Source: Candidatus Sulfomarinibacteraceae bacterium (lineage in GTDB: Bacteria > Acidobacteriota > Thermoanaerobaculia > Thermoanaerobaculales > Sulfomarinibacteraceae). From it: a stretch of 64,000 nucleotides of DNA. The notes below the pieces were generated by a model, which was not told the origin of the DNA, ran no database searches, and saw only the letters and a list, made by a program, of their open reading frames with translations. The stretch spans positions 512,001-576,000 of the forward strand of contig CAWCLO010000010.1 of the NCBI GenBank assembly GCA_963796455.1. Reading direction: 5' to 3'. Made by a program: the position numbers and the translations under genes. Below, one piece after another: positions 9,210 to 20,240 of this stretch (positions are counted from its first letter, which is position 1; every line of letters begins with the position of its first letter).

Positions 9210-10124
9210 TCAGCGGGGGAGCCCCGCTCCGGGTGGCACCCGCGGCGCGAACTTGACCGGCGAACCCCTTTTGGGGGTCGAGGGTCGATCAGCAGACGAC
9301 GGGCCCTCCTTCTTGGTCGCAGCGCCTACAGTCGATGCCTCGGCAAAGAAAAAGCTCGCGTCGCCGGTCGCCTCATCAATCACCGTTGCATAGGGGAAGA
9401 TGAGAACATCATCCGGGCCATCCTCAACATAAAACACCAGGCTCCCTCCGGTCATCTCGGGATCAAGGCTTCGCTGGGTGTGACCAAAGGGCGGCACATC
9501 AAAGGTCTCGGAAGCGATGATGGAGCCATCGCTGTCTTGGATGTCGAGGTGAACGACGGTCCAATCGACCGTCCACGAGGCGACACCGACGTTGCAGCGA
9601 AAAAATTGGCCATCGTTGAGGATTCCAGCGGCATAACTGAGTGTCGACCAGTCACCGGCGCGCTCGACCACCGTACCCGGCACCGCGAGACCGAACTCTC
9701 CCCCACCTTCGCCCGGCGCCAGGGTATAGGTCCGGGAAGTGACCAGAAAGTGACACTCCTCGATGGGGTCGCAACGCAGCGACGGGTCCGCATAGGCGAG
9801 GATGGCGGCGGTTTCCTCGAGATCGAATCCATCTGGGCCGAGGACGTCCCACAGATTGAAGGTTTCCCAGGCTGCGAGGGTGATCGTCATGGTTGGGACT
9901 TCGTGGTTGACAGCATCGGATGGGAGCGCCTGAACCACGACCGGGAGTTCAAAATCGTGGGGGTTGTGGAGCGACAGGTCCGTCCGCCAAAACGTGCCCC
10001 GCTGACCGGCATTGTGAGCGGCTGCAGGAATCATCCAGTCGGTGGTCAGCTGGGCCCAAAGCGAAACCGGCGTCAGTGCGGCCGCCATAACCACCAGACC
10101 ACCAAGTATGCTCGAACACTTCAT
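9210..10124 (-). CDS. Secreted hypothetical protein
   Basis: Signal peptide then IPAAAHNAGQRGTFWRTDLSLHNP; GGAGG SD. Confidence 0.7.
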   Translation of the reverse strand: MKCSSILGGLVVMAAALTPVSLWAQLTTDWMIPAAAHNAGQRGTFWRTDLSLHNPHDFELPVVVQALPSDAVNHEVPTMTITLAAWETFNLWDVLGPDGFDLEETAAILAYADPSLRCDPIEECHFLVTSRTYTLAPGEGGGEFGLAVPGTVVERAGDWSTLSYAAGILNDGQFFRCNVGVASWTVDWTVVHLDIQDSDGSIIASETFDVPPFGHTQRSLDPEMTGGSLVFYVEDGPDDVLIFPYATVIDEATGDASFFFAEASTVGAATKKEGPSSADRPSTPKRGSPVKFAPRVPPGAGLPR

Positions 10125-10301
10125 CGAAACCTCCACAGTCATTGATTCCGCAACATCCGTGCCACGATTACCGCCGTGTCCGACGCTCAGGACGATCCGT
10201 CGACCCCGAAAGCGTCCCCTGGAGAGGACACAGACAGTTGGTAAGGACGCGCTGGAGTCTCGAGACGACGGGAAGCCCTCTATACTCGAAAATGGGGTTT
10301 T

Positions 10302-10865
10302 GTGAGGCTTTCGGGCGGTTTCCTTCTGTTGTCGCTGATCGCGGTGGGTTTCGTGCTCTATCTCGTCAAGCTCGACATCGACTCGAGCTTGAACGCGGTG
10401 ACCGTGGTTGCCTCAGATCTCCGCGAGGAAGGTGTGACCGGCGCTGTTTTCGAAGTGGACACGGCCCGCCAGATGATCTTTGCGATGGAGGGGCTGGTGG
10501 ATGATCCCGCCGGAATAACCGACCACACCGAAGATCTCCAGACATTTTCGGCCACAGCCGCCTCGTGGGCTTCGATCGCACCGGTTGCGAGCCCCGAGTT
10601 GCACGCCGCAGTCATGCTTCGCCGTGCCGCCGGCGCCCTTCGATCCTACGCAATGGCTCCCTCGGAGCGGCATCTCGTGACAGCAAATCGTTGCCTCGCG
10701 GCCGCCACCACGACCCTCAACGGCCAAGCTTCGTCATCAGCGGGGGGTTCTGCTTCGGGCCCCGGTCTCGCAGTCGGGGCGATCCGGGACCAGATCGAAA
10801 ACCTCGAACAGGCCCATCAGGAACGCATCCAAGAGGTTGACGAGGAACTCAAAGAGAAAGATTGA
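10302..10865 (+). CDS. Hypothetical protein with N-terminal membrane anchor
   Basis: 187-aa ORF with N-terminal TM helix and helical C-terminus. Confidence 0.6.
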   Translation: MRLSGGFLLLSLIAVGFVLYLVKLDIDSSLNAVTVVASDLREEGVTGAVFEVDTARQMIFAMEGLVDDPAGITDHTEDLQTFSATAASWASIAPVASPELHAAVMLRRAAGALRSYAMAPSERHLVTANRCLAAATTTLNGQASSSAGGSASGPGLAVGAIRDQIENLEQAHQERIQEVDEELKEKD

Positions 10866-11220
10866 CACCATCGATCACATCGGCAGCGAGGTTGGTCCTG
10901 GTGACACGGCCACAACCAGCCGACTGGGCGGCTCTCGCCAGGATCGCGAGCCACCGCTGCACCGCAGGCGTGCGCTCCGTCGGTGCCAGCCGCCACAGTC
11001 TCAGGGTGGTTTCCTCGCGGCTTTTGGAGATGACAGCGACCGGGTGAAGTGGTCGAGAGTGCTCCACGACCACCCCCTCTGCAAGAAGCGCCAATCCGTC
11101 CGAGCGGAACCACATTTCTTCGGTTTTAAGCACCGCCACACCCCAACGATGGGCGTCCCTCGGTACGGTTGCCACCAGTACTTCGAAGTCGGCCTCCCCC
11201 TCGAGAATCAGATGCGGCAT
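10849..11220 (-). CDS. Hypothetical protein
   Basis: MPHLILEG start overlaps the yjbQ stop (TGATG coupling). Confidence 0.6.
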   Translation of the reverse strand: MPHLILEGEADFEVLVATVPRDAHRWGVAVLKTEEMWFRSDGLALLAEGVVVEHSRPLHPVAVISKSREETTLRLWRLAPTERTPAVQRWLAILARAAQSAGCGRVTRTNLAADVIDGVNLSL

Positions 11221-11654
11221 CAGGCTTCGCCTCCCGTGCTGCCAACAAAGGAGAACACCACCCTTCGTTGTCGTGCATTGAGGTCGCATTCCACCAGGAC
11301 GATTTGTTGCCAGGTTCCCAGAACACACGATCCCGCCGCTACCGGCACCGTCAAGGATGGTCCCATCAAGGCCGCACGGAGGTGTGAGAAGCCGTTGCCG
11401 TCTCCCCATCGCAGATCGTGGTGATACTCGCGATCGCTTGGGGCGATTCGTTCCAGCGCCAAACCGAGGTCACGAACAGCCCCCGGCTCGAACTCGATCG
11501 TGGTGACAGCTGCGGTCGAACCAGGAACAAACACCGTCAGTTGACCGTCTTCAGCACCAATGGACTGCAACCATTGGATCGAAAGGGGGCTGAGATCGAT
11601 GACATGGCCATGGCCATCACTGTGAATCACTGTTTCGTGCCGAAGCGCCCTCAT
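11220..11654 (-). CDS. yjbQ: YjbQ/UPF0047 family protein
   Basis: GSTAAVTTIE, NGFSHLRAAL, LGTWQQI motifs. Confidence 0.88.
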   Translation of the reverse strand: MRALRHETVIHSDGHGHVIDLSPLSIQWLQSIGAEDGQLTVFVPGSTAAVTTIEFEPGAVRDLGLALERIAPSDREYHHDLRWGDGNGFSHLRAALMGPSLTVPVAAGSCVLGTWQQIVLVECDLNARQRRVVFSFVGSTGGEA

Positions 11655-11733
11655 GCCTGCAGTATAGCTCGCACGGAAGTCCGAATTCGGTTCCATATTC
11701 CCCCCCGGCTCATCCTCTGCTACCATACCCGCC

Positions 11734-12456
11734 GTGCGAACGGAGGGCGTGTTAGCCGCTGCGATTGAAGCGCTGGTGCCGAGCCTTTGTCCACATTGCG
11801 ATCAACCACTGCAAGGCGGAGATCGCGGTCTGTGCGGAGGCTGCTGGTCGGTGGTCATTCCCCGTGCCGGCGATGCTTGCCCCCGCTGCGGTCTCGAGGC
11901 CGCGGATCCTGGAGAGGGCTGCGTGGACTGCCTGAGAAAAAGCCCACCGCAATGCGCAACCGTGATCTGGGGCGAACACGACGGGGTCCTGCGAACCGCC
12001 GTTCTCGCCCTCAAACACGGGGCAAGAGACGAATTGGCGGAGCCTCTGGGCGCCCGTCTGGCTGCCGTCGTGGCGGCTGAAGAGTGGGCCTCGGAAATCG
12101 ACGTGGTCTGCCACGTGCCGTCGCACCCCTTGCGGCGTTTTCGACGACCCTGGCCGGCGGCAGAGCTCATCGCTTCGAGCGTGGCTCGGCGACTCGATCG
12201 CCCCAGGCGACCGATAATGCGGCGCCATGGTCTCAACCGCCAAACCGGAAAGACGAGCGCCCTCCGCAGAAAGCTGGACCGCGGCAGCTTTTCAGCCCGA
12301 GCCGCCGCCGGTAACCATCGGATCCTGGTGATCGACGACGTCACCACGACCGGAACCACCATCCGGCTTGCAGCCGAGGCGCTGACCCGCGCCGGAGCCA
12401 AAGCCGTCTTTTGCGCCGTGCTCGCCCAGACACCCGATGCGAGGAGAATGCCATGA
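11734..12456 (+). CDS. comF: ComF family phosphoribosyltransferase with double zinc ribbon
   Basis: Four CxxC pairs; LVIDDVTTTGTT PRPP-binding loop. Confidence 0.85.
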   Translation: MRTEGVLAAAIEALVPSLCPHCDQPLQGGDRGLCGGCWSVVIPRAGDACPRCGLEAADPGEGCVDCLRKSPPQCATVIWGEHDGVLRTAVLALKHGARDELAEPLGARLAAVVAAEEWASEIDVVCHVPSHPLRRFRRPWPAAELIASSVARRLDRPRRPIMRRHGLNRQTGKTSALRRKLDRGSFSARAAAGNHRILVIDDVTTTGTTIRLAAEALTRAGAKAVFCAVLAQTPDARRMP

Positions 12457-13358
12457 GCCTTTTTGATGCTCTCGTGAAGTACGGGATGCCATTTGTACCG
12501 AAGCCGATCGTCGGCAAAGTGGCCAGCCGTTATGTGGCTGGGGAAACGATCGATTCTGCGATCGACACGCTTCGCAGCATGAATGCCGAGGGTGCGATGG
12601 GCACGGTGGACGTTTTGGGCGAGGAAGTCCACGAAAAAGCGAAAACTGAAAAGGCGGTTACTCAGTATCTCGATTTGCTCGAACGAATCGAGGCCGAAAA
12701 GATCGACGCCAACGTGTCGATCAAACCGACCATGTTGGGTCTCAAAATTGATCCGGATCTTGCCGCCGACAACGTCTCGAGGATCGTAGAGCGTGCCAGC
12801 AGCTTTTCCAATTTCGTCCGTATCGACATGGAGGACCACACCTGCACCGATGAAACCCTCGCGCTGTACCGGCGAGTGGTCGCAGATTTTCCTTCCTCGG
12901 TCGGGGTCGTCCTCCAGGCATATCTCCACCGGACCACTTCCGATATCGAGAGCCTCCTGGAACTCAAACCGAATATTCGCATCTGCAAGGGCATCTACCG
13001 CGAGCCTCGAGCGATCGCGTGGAAGCAGTACGAGACGGTGCGTGAAAACTTCATCGACCACCTGGAGAAACTGCTCGCTGGAGGGGCCTACGTCGGAATT
13101 GCCACCCATGATCCTTATCTGGTGCGGGCCGGCATGAACGCTGTCGACCGGCTCGGCCTCAAACCCGAAGAGTACGAATTTCAGATGCTGCTCGGGGTCG
13201 ATCCCGAACTTCGGAAGATCATTCTTTCAAATGGACACCGGCTCCGGGTCTACGTGCCCTACGGACAGGACTGGTATCCATATTCGATTCGACGCCTGCG
13301 CGAAAACCCCTCGGTCGCACACCATGTCATTCGAGCCATGTTGACCCGGGGACGTTGA
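12453..13358 (+). CDS. Monofunctional proline dehydrogenase
   Basis: RYVAGE, RIDMED, VLQAYL, RICKGIY, IATHD, FQMLLG, YVPYG, RRLRENP. Confidence 0.92.
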   Translation: MSLFDALVKYGMPFVPKPIVGKVASRYVAGETIDSAIDTLRSMNAEGAMGTVDVLGEEVHEKAKTEKAVTQYLDLLERIEAEKIDANVSIKPTMLGLKIDPDLAADNVSRIVERASSFSNFVRIDMEDHTCTDETLALYRRVVADFPSSVGVVLQAYLHRTTSDIESLLELKPNIRICKGIYREPRAIAWKQYETVRENFIDHLEKLLAGGAYVGIATHDPYLVRAGMNAVDRLGLKPEEYEFQMLLGVDPELRKIILSNGHRLRVYVPYGQDWYPYSIRRLRENPSVAHHVIRAMLTRGR

Positions 13359-13505
13359 CCTTTCGTGACCGAGGGACGGAATACACCGCGTTCTCATCCG
13401 TAGTGTCTGATGGATGGAGCGTGCCTTGGATGACGCTCAAGCGTTGAGGACGCATCAAAAACCGGGTATGCTCTGAGCGCGTGCAACTGCACAACGGAGG
13501 CAAAC

Positions 13506-14441
13506 ATGAAGAATCCGTACTTGAAGAAAGCCCTCATCCTATTCACCGTATTGACGATTTCCGGTCTTGCCCAGGCCGGTATGCAGGCGAGAATCGGCGG
13601 CCAGGTCAGGGACATGCAGGGCAACCCGATTCCCGACGCCGTGATCACGATCACGACCGGTGACATGGCCTACGAGAAGGTGATCAACACCGACAAAAAA
13701 GGCAAATGGAAAGCGGCCATCATCGATGCGACCAAGAACTACAAGCTGCTGGTCGAAGCCAATGGTTACCAGCCCCAGCAGCGGCCGTTCAAGGTCATGG
13801 TGGGCTCGTCGGACAATGTCTTCGATTTTGAACTCATGACCGCAGCCGAGGCCGAGGCGGCGACCCAGAAAGACTATCTCCAGCAACCGGGATACAAAGA
13901 ATTTGCAGAAGCCCGGGAGGCCTATAAAAAGGGTGACATGGACGGGGCCAAGGCGTTGCTCGAAAAAGCCTTGGATGAAATACCAGATCTGGTCCAGGCT
14001 GCCGCGATGCTCGGAGAGCTCCACTACAAAGACGGCGATATGGAGAAGGCGCTCGAAGTGGCCGAGGAATGCCTCGAGGAAGACGAAGAGTACATTGAGT
14101 GTGTTGCCATCGCAGCAAATGCCAGCCGTGCGCTCGGTGACGATGCGGGCCATGCAGAATACATGGCGCTTTACCAGGATCTGAACCCCGACGACCCGTC
14201 GATTCTCTACAACGAAGCAGCAGTCCACCTCAACAAGCTCGATGACGACGGAGCTCGCCCGTTGCTCGAAAAGTGCCTCGAGGTCGACCCCGATTATTCT
14301 GCGTGCCACTTTGAATACGGCATGCTGCTGTTGCGCACGGGCGATATGGAAGGGGCCAAGAGCCACCTCGAAAAGTATCTCGAGGTTTCCCCCGACGGTC
14401 GCGATGCAAGCACCGCACAGGAGACCCTCAAATACCTCTGA
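13506..14441 (+). CDS. Secreted carboxypeptidase-regulatory-like domain + TPR protein
   Basis: Signal peptide, GQVRDMQGNPIPDA beta-sandwich, C-terminal TPRs. Confidence 0.8.
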   Translation: MKNPYLKKALILFTVLTISGLAQAGMQARIGGQVRDMQGNPIPDAVITITTGDMAYEKVINTDKKGKWKAAIIDATKNYKLLVEANGYQPQQRPFKVMVGSSDNVFDFELMTAAEAEAATQKDYLQQPGYKEFAEAREAYKKGDMDGAKALLEKALDEIPDLVQAAAMLGELHYKDGDMEKALEVAEECLEEDEEYIECVAIAANASRALGDDAGHAEYMALYQDLNPDDPSILYNEAAVHLNKLDDDGARPLLEKCLEVDPDYSACHFEYGMLLLRTGDMEGAKSHLEKYLEVSPDGRDASTAQETLKYL

Positions 14442-14475
14442 CAAGCTCCCTATACGGAGTCAGTCGAGGGCCGGT

Positions 14476-15099
14476 ATGAAAACCCTGTGTATTGGCGTGG
14501 CCGGCGGAACCGGGTCGGGCAAAACGACGGTTGCGGATGAGATCGTCCGAAGAGTCGGGCGCGAACGTATCGTCACCGTCAACCAGGACCGCTACTACCA
14601 CAATCTCGCCCACCTCGATGAGCCGCAACGGATCCATCACAACTTCGATCACCCTGCAGCCATTGAGGAAGGACTTCTGGTTGACCACGTGCGCTCACTC
14701 AAGGCGGGCCAACAGGCGCGGCTCCCAGTCTATGATTTTGCGCGTCACGTGCGGTGCGAAGAAACGGAAGACCTCGAAGCCCGACCGGTGATTCTCATCG
14801 AGGGAATCCTGATACTCGCGATTCCGGCGCTCCGCGATCTGCTCGACGTCAAAATCTTTGTCGACACCGACGCCGATATCCGCTTTATCCGGCGTCTCGA
14901 ACGCGACATGCGCGAACGTGCTCGCACGGTCGAGAGCGTGGTCACCCAATATGTCGCCACGGTGCGGCCGATGCACCTCGAATTTGTCGAGCCGTCGAAG
15001 AGGTGGGCGGATGTGATCATTCCGGAGGGCGGTTTCAATACCGTCGCACTGGATCTCGTCATCAGCCGGGTGCTTCAGATGCTGCGCGACGACGACTGA
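14476..15099 (+). CDS. udk: Uridine kinase
   Basis: GGTGSGKTT, NFDHP, EGIL, FVEPSKRWADVIIP. Confidence 0.95.
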   Translation: MKTLCIGVAGGTGSGKTTVADEIVRRVGRERIVTVNQDRYYHNLAHLDEPQRIHHNFDHPAAIEEGLLVDHVRSLKAGQQARLPVYDFARHVRCEETEDLEARPVILIEGILILAIPALRDLLDVKIFVDTDADIRFIRRLERDMRERARTVESVVTQYVATVRPMHLEFVEPSKRWADVIIPEGGFNTVALDLVISRVLQMLRDDD

Positions 15100-15175
15100 G
15101 CAGCGGACTACGACCACGACGCTCCATCCCCACCGGGGGGGGGTCCACGGCCGGAGGCAGGTCAAAGCTTCGAAA

Positions 15176-15511
15176 TCAGCGCGCCGGCGGTGGCCGACGG
15201 CGGCGACGGGACCGAAGCTCCTCCTCTTTGAACATGAATTTGACAGAATGTTTGAAAAGCAGCAGATTCGGAGCATCAACCCGATTCAACTTGATGCAGG
15301 TCTTGTCGTACCACTCGATCCAGCCCTTGAGCTCCGTACCATCGGTCAGCACCACCACCATGGCGGTACGGTTTTGCATCTGTTTGAGATAATAAAAGCC
15401 CTCTGCGTTTGTCTGTTCGGCGGGCACCTGTTTGCGGCGGCCGGTGGTTCGGGTAGGGAATTTTTCCATCATTTCATTCATCGAGGGTCGGATCAGTTTA
15501 CGATCGGACAT
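15176..15511 (-). CDS. hfq: Hfq/Sm-like RNA chaperone
   Basis: Sm1/Sm2-like VVLTDGTELKGWIEWYD...LLFKHSVK; GAGGAG SD. Confidence 0.75.
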   Translation of the reverse strand: MSDRKLIRPSMNEMMEKFPTRTTGRRKQVPAEQTNAEGFYYLKQMQNRTAMVVVLTDGTELKGWIEWYDKTCIKLNRVDAPNLLLFKHSVKFMFKEEELRSRRRRRPPPAR

Positions 15512-15687
15512 GAAGATCTCCTCACGCCCCATGCTGTGCGGCCGCAAAATTCCGGAAGCATGAAGTCGGCTGGTTCTCGCTAAAGGTTATCAGATCCACA
15601 GTGGAGTGTCTTGCCGTGGAAATAGGCGCGAAACCGGGTTTTCTCGCTGCCAAGAGCGGCGTGCCGCCTGGCTGCTATCTTCACCGG

Positions 15688-16389
15688 CTAGTTGCGCCTT
15701 CGCCCCTTGTCGGGATAGAAATCGACTTCGTGAGCGAGGCAGCACATGAGGCGGCCGCACAGACCCGAGATCTTGGCAGGATTCAGGCTGAGGTTTTGCC
15801 GTTTGGCCATGCGGACGGTCACCGAGTGGAAACGATCCATGAAGGTCGTACAACACAGGCTGCGGCCGCAGGGCCCGAGACCGCCACACAGGCGGGCGCC
15901 GTCACGCACTCCGAGGGAACGCATCTCGATTTTTCGCCGGTAGCGGCGACCCAGATCCCGCTGAAGGGGGCGATAGTCGACTCGTTTTTCGGCCGAGAAG
16001 AAGATCACCGCGGTGCGGCCCGAGAGCGGGAGACGGACCTTGAATGGGTGGAGGTCGAGTTCGAGTTCGCGCGTCTTGCGCCGCACGTATGTTTCGATCT
16101 CGCGTTCGAGATGGGCGGTGTCCTCGTGCCGCTTCTCATCATCCGGGGTCGACCGGCGAAGTACCCGGGCGGCCGACCGGCGGGGCTTTTTGAAGCTCGG
16201 AGGAGAGTAGGCCGTAACCCTGCCGACAAACTTGCCATCCGGGGTCTCGACGACAATCGACTCGCCGTGGACAAGCTCGAATCGACCGGCGCGGCAAGGC
16301 AAGGGGGGGAGATCGGGATCAACCGACACCTTCACCCAATCTTCAACAACCGGCAACATCTTACACTCGATGAGATCAGGCATGCTCAT
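15688..16389 (-). CDS. ricT: PSP1/RicT (YaaT) family protein
   Basis: FSAEKRVDYR, GGLGPCGRSLCC, MAKRQNLSLNPAKISGLCGRLMCCL. Confidence 0.88.
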   Translation of the reverse strand: MSMPDLIECKMLPVVEDWVKVSVDPDLPPLPCRAGRFELVHGESIVVETPDGKFVGRVTAYSPPSFKKPRRSAARVLRRSTPDDEKRHEDTAHLEREIETYVRRKTRELELDLHPFKVRLPLSGRTAVIFFSAEKRVDYRPLQRDLGRRYRRKIEMRSLGVRDGARLCGGLGPCGRSLCCTTFMDRFHSVTVRMAKRQNLSLNPAKISGLCGRLMCCLAHEVDFYPDKGRRRN

Positions 16390-16894
16390 CACCTGTCGAG
16401 GCGAGCTCTGCCGCGATTTCTTCGTCGCCCGCCGCAACTTTCTCGGCACCTTCCCGCCGCAACTTTTCGAGAGCAGTGCGGACCTCTGGTTTCGCGCCCG
16501 CAACAATCTGCGCCGCAAAAAACGCTGCGTTTTTGGCGCCCGCGGGTCCGACGGCAAAGGTCGCGACCGGGATGCCCGACGGCATCTGAACCGTTGACAA
16601 CAGGGCATCGACGCCATCGAGAACTCCACCGGGGAGAGGCACTCCCAACACCGGCCTGTTGGTGTGAGCCGCAACCACGCCGGCGAGATGAGCGGCCATG
16701 CCGGCCGCGCAGATAAAGGCCTGACACCCTTCAGCATCCGCCCGACGCACCAATTCGACGGTCCGTTCAGGCGTTCGATGGGCTGAGGACACATGGACGT
16801 CAAAGGAGACCCCGAGCTGCGTCAGCACATCGGTCGCTCCCCGGAGGTGCTTCCAGTCACTGGTTGAACCCATCAGAATGAGAACCTCAGCCAC
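16376..16894 (-). CDS. purE: N5-CAIR mutase
   Basis: MGSTSD, SAHRTPE, AGMAAHLAG, STVQMPSGIPVAT. Confidence 0.95.
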   Translation of the reverse strand: MAEVLILMGSTSDWKHLRGATDVLTQLGVSFDVHVSSAHRTPERTVELVRRADAEGCQAFICAAGMAAHLAGVVAAHTNRPVLGVPLPGGVLDGVDALLSTVQMPSGIPVATFAVGPAGAKNAAFFAAQIVAGAKPEVRTALEKLRREGAEKVAAGDEEIAAELASTGDEHA

Positions 16895-18176
16895 CGGCTG
16901 TCCCCAGCGTACGGAGGGTGTCCTGCCCGATATCCGAGCGATACCACATCCCCTCAAAGGAGATCTTTTCAACCCCGCCGTAGGCGACCGTCAGCGCCTC
17001 ATCAAGGGTCGGACCGCGGCCGCATACCGAGAGCACCCGGCCTCCCGAGGTCACGAGGTGCCCACGGTCGCGCTTGGTGCCGGCGTGGTAGACCGTCACA
17101 CCGGGCAGGGCCATCGCCTCGTTGGTACCGGTGATCTCGCTGCCCTTGAGCGGATTGCCGGGATAACCGTCGGCAGCCACCACGACGCACGCAACCGCTT
17201 CCTTGCGCCACCGCATCGTCGGCACTCCGAGAACACCACCGGCGGCATCGAGAGCCACGCGCGCAAAGTTGTCGTCGAGGCGGAGAAAGATCGCCTGGGT
17301 CTCGGGATCACCAAAACGGCAATTGAATTCCAGGACTCTCGGCCCGTCTTTGGTCAGCATCAGACCGGCGTACAGCACGCCTCGATATTCTCGTCCCTCG
17401 GCAGCCATGCCGGCGACGACCGGCCGCACTACCGTATCGAGGATCAAGCGGCTGGTTCCCGGCGGAATCACGAGCGCCGGTGAGTGCGCCCCCATGCCGC
17501 CGGTGTTGGGGCCTTCGTCGTTGTCATGTGCCCGTTTGTAGTCGTGTGAGGTGGCGATGGGCACGACGCGAGTGCCGTCGCAGATCGCCATGTATGAAAC
17601 CTCTTCTCCGACCAGACACTCTTCGACCAACACTTTGTCGCCAGCGTCGCCAAATCGACGCTGTTCGTAGAAAATATCGAGCGCTTCTGCCAATTCATCT
17701 TTGTTGTTGATGATGAGCACGCCCTTGCCGGCGGCGAGGCCGTCGGCCTTGAAAACGACCGGAAACCCGAATTCGCGGGCCGCGGCCCGCGCTTCATCGC
17801 GACTGCGCACGACCTTGGCCGCGGCGGTGGGAATATCGTGCCGCCAACAAAACTCTTTGGCGAAAACTTTGCTCGACTCGAGTTCGGCCGCCGCCTGCCG
17901 TGGTCCGAAGAGGCGGAGATTCCGGCGCTCGAACTCATCGGCGATACCCATCGCCAAAGGTACTTCCGGGCCGACTATGGTCAGATCAACCCGAAGATCC
18001 GCCGCGGCTTCAGCAAGAGTCAGCAAATCGTTGGGGGAAACCGGCAAGAGATCTGCGGCTTGCGCGATTCCCGGATTGCCTGGGGCCGCAAAGATCTCCG
18101 TCACCCCCTGGGAGCGCCGCAGAGCGTGGACAATGGCATGTTCGCGAGCTCCCGAGCCGATAACGAGAACGCGCAT
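16887..18176 (-). CDS. purD: Phosphoribosylamine--glycine ligase
   Basis: GSGAREHA, KADGLAAGKGV, GPNTGGMGA, EFNCRFGDPE. Confidence 0.97.
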   Translation of the reverse strand: MRVLVIGSGAREHAIVHALRRSQGVTEIFAAPGNPGIAQAADLLPVSPNDLLTLAEAAADLRVDLTIVGPEVPLAMGIADEFERRNLRLFGPRQAAAELESSKVFAKEFCWRHDIPTAAAKVVRSRDEARAAAREFGFPVVFKADGLAAGKGVLIINNKDELAEALDIFYEQRRFGDAGDKVLVEECLVGEEVSYMAICDGTRVVPIATSHDYKRAHDNDEGPNTGGMGAHSPALVIPPGTSRLILDTVVRPVVAGMAAEGREYRGVLYAGLMLTKDGPRVLEFNCRFGDPETQAIFLRLDDNFARVALDAAGGVLGVPTMRWRKEAVACVVVAADGYPGNPLKGSEITGTNEAMALPGVTVYHAGTKRDRGHLVTSGGRVLSVCGRGPTLDEALTVAYGGVEKISFEGMWYRSDIGQDTLRTLGTAGG

Positions 18177-18182
18177 ATCGAT

Positions 18183-19193
18183 CTACCCCTTTGCCTGGAG
18201 GAGGCTCAATAAACTGGTTTGAACGATATCGGCGGCCGAGCAACCGCGAGAAAGATCATTCGCGGGTTTGGCCAGACCCTGCATCAGGGGACCGAGCGCG
18301 CGGGCACCACCGAGCCGTTCGGCTGCTTTGTACGTGATGTTGCCGGAATTGAGATCCGGAAAGACCAGCACGTTGGCTTTTCCTGCCACCTCCGACCCCG
18401 GCGCTTTGCTGGCGCCGATTCTGGGAACCAGAGCCGCATCGAACTGCATCTCACCATCAAATCTGAAGTCGAGTTCCCGCCCCTCGAGATCGGCCCGCGC
18501 ATCGGCGACCTTGGTCACCAGCGGATGCGTGGCGGAGCCTTTGGTCGAGAAGGAGAGCAGCGCAACCCGGGGTTCGCCACCGACGATCGAGCGGAAGGTC
18601 GCAGCCGCCGAAATCGCGATTTCCGCCAGCTGTTTCGAATCCGGGTCCGGCAGCACGGCGCAGTCGGAGAACACCATGACGCCTTCATCACCAAAGGCCG
18701 GGTCGGGATGGACCATGACAAATGCCGAGGACACCGTTTTCAGCCCTTCTCCAGGTCCGATACAGTGCAGGGCGGCGCGGACCGTGTCCGCAGTCGTTCG
18801 GACGGCACCACCCACCGACGCATCGGCCGCCCCGGTGGCAACCAACAGGGAGGTGAAGTACAGCGGGTCCTCGACGGCGGTCATGGCATCCGTTTCCGTG
18901 AGTCCCTTGTGCGCTCGGCGTTGGAGAAGGTAAGCAGCCAGCTCCTCCCGCCGGGGATCTTTTCCTGGATCAGCAATATCGACGCCGAGTTTTTCGAGTT
19001 TTTCGTGCTCCGGACCACGGTCAGCGCCCGGACATACCATCGTCACCGAAAATGGGCCCCGTGCAGCAAGATCGGCTGCTGCCTCGATGACTCTCGCATC
19101 GTGTCCTTCAGCGAGCGCCACCCGGCCACCGGCTTTGGCCGCACGGGCCTCCAGCTTGTCGAGGAAATCCACAACCGCCTCCCGAAAAGACAT
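18183..19193 (-). CDS. pta: Phosphate acetyltransferase
   Basis: [37 protein letters not shown]. Confidence 0.93.
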   Translation of the reverse strand: MSFREAVVDFLDKLEARAAKAGGRVALAEGHDARVIEAAADLAARGPFSVTMVCPGADRGPEHEKLEKLGVDIADPGKDPRREELAAYLLQRRAHKGLTETDAMTAVEDPLYFTSLLVATGAADASVGGAVRTTADTVRAALHCIGPGEGLKTVSSAFVMVHPDPAFGDEGVMVFSDCAVLPDPDSKQLAEIAISAAATFRSIVGGEPRVALLSFSTKGSATHPLVTKVADARADLEGRELDFRFDGEMQFDAALVPRIGASKAPGSEVAGKANVLVFPDLNSGNITYKAAERLGGARALGPLMQGLAKPANDLSRGCSAADIVQTSLLSLLQAKG

Positions 19194-19273
19194 TGTACCG
19201 CAGCGATCTCGGTGACCGGAACACTCTGCGGAACAAAGCTGTTGTAGCTGAGAAGGAAGCTCAAGGAGAACCC

Positions 19274-20203
19274 ATGCGAATCGCATCGGACATGACCCGC
19301 CTGATGGGCAATACGCCCCTGGTGCGCCTGAATCGTATGGCGGCCGCGGTCGATGCCACCGTGGTTGCCAAACTCGAGTTCTTCAACCCTGCCCACTCCG
19401 TCAAAGATCGCCTTGGAGTGGCCATGATTGAAACACTGGAGCGCGACGGCGTACTTGAGCCCGGGGTCTCGACAATCATCGAGGCGACTTCGGGCAATAC
19501 CGGCATCGCGCTCGCAATGGTGGCCGCCGCCCGCGGTTACCGGTGCGTGCTCACGATGCCTGAGTCCATGTCTCTGGAACGGCGAAAAATCCTCAATCTC
19601 CTGGGTGCAGAGATTGTTCTGACACCTGCCGCGGAGGGCATGAAGGGCGCGGCCGCCAAGGCCGAGGCCCTGCTCGAGGATATCTCCAACGCGGTGATCC
19701 CGGACCAGTTCTCGAACCCGGCCAACCCCGAGATCCACGCCACGACCACTGCGCTGGAATTGTGGCGCGATTGCGACGGGCAGATGGATGCCTTTGTCGC
19801 CGGCGTCGGCACCGGCGGTACCATTTCCGGAGTCGGGCGGGTGTGGAAGAAGCGCCGACCGCAAACCCGGATCATCGCCGTTGAGCCTGCCGACTCACCG
19901 GTGCTTTCAGGCGGCGAAGCAGGACCTCACAAGATCCAAGGCATCGGCGCGGGCTTCATCCCACCAAACGTTGATATTTCGGTGATCGACGAGACTGTGA
20001 CTGTGACAAACGACGAGGCGTTCTCAGCCGCCCGACGACTCGCCCGGGAAGAAGGGATTCTGGCCGGGATCTCCTCCGGCGCGGCCTGCGCTGCCGCCCT
20101 CAAAGTGGCGGAGAGAAAAGAAATGGCGGGCAAGTTGATCGTATTCGTCGTGCCCTCGACGGCGGAGCGGTATATCTCCACCGATCTCTTTGCCTCCGAC
20201 TGA
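19274..20203 (+). CDS. cysK: Cysteine synthase A
   Basis: SVKDR PLP lysine, ATSGNTG, GVGTGGT, HKIQGIG. Confidence 0.95.
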   Translation: MRIASDMTRLMGNTPLVRLNRMAAAVDATVVAKLEFFNPAHSVKDRLGVAMIETLERDGVLEPGVSTIIEATSGNTGIALAMVAAARGYRCVLTMPESMSLERRKILNLLGAEIVLTPAAEGMKGAAAKAEALLEDISNAVIPDQFSNPANPEIHATTTALELWRDCDGQMDAFVAGVGTGGTISGVGRVWKKRRPQTRIIAVEPADSPVLSGGEAGPHKIQGIGAGFIPPNVDISVIDETVTVTNDEAFSAARRLAREEGILAGISSGAACAAALKVAERKEMAGKLIVFVVPSTAERYISTDLFASD

Positions 20204-20240
20204 AAGGGGGGCACCCGTCGGGGACCTTCGGGATCGGCCT

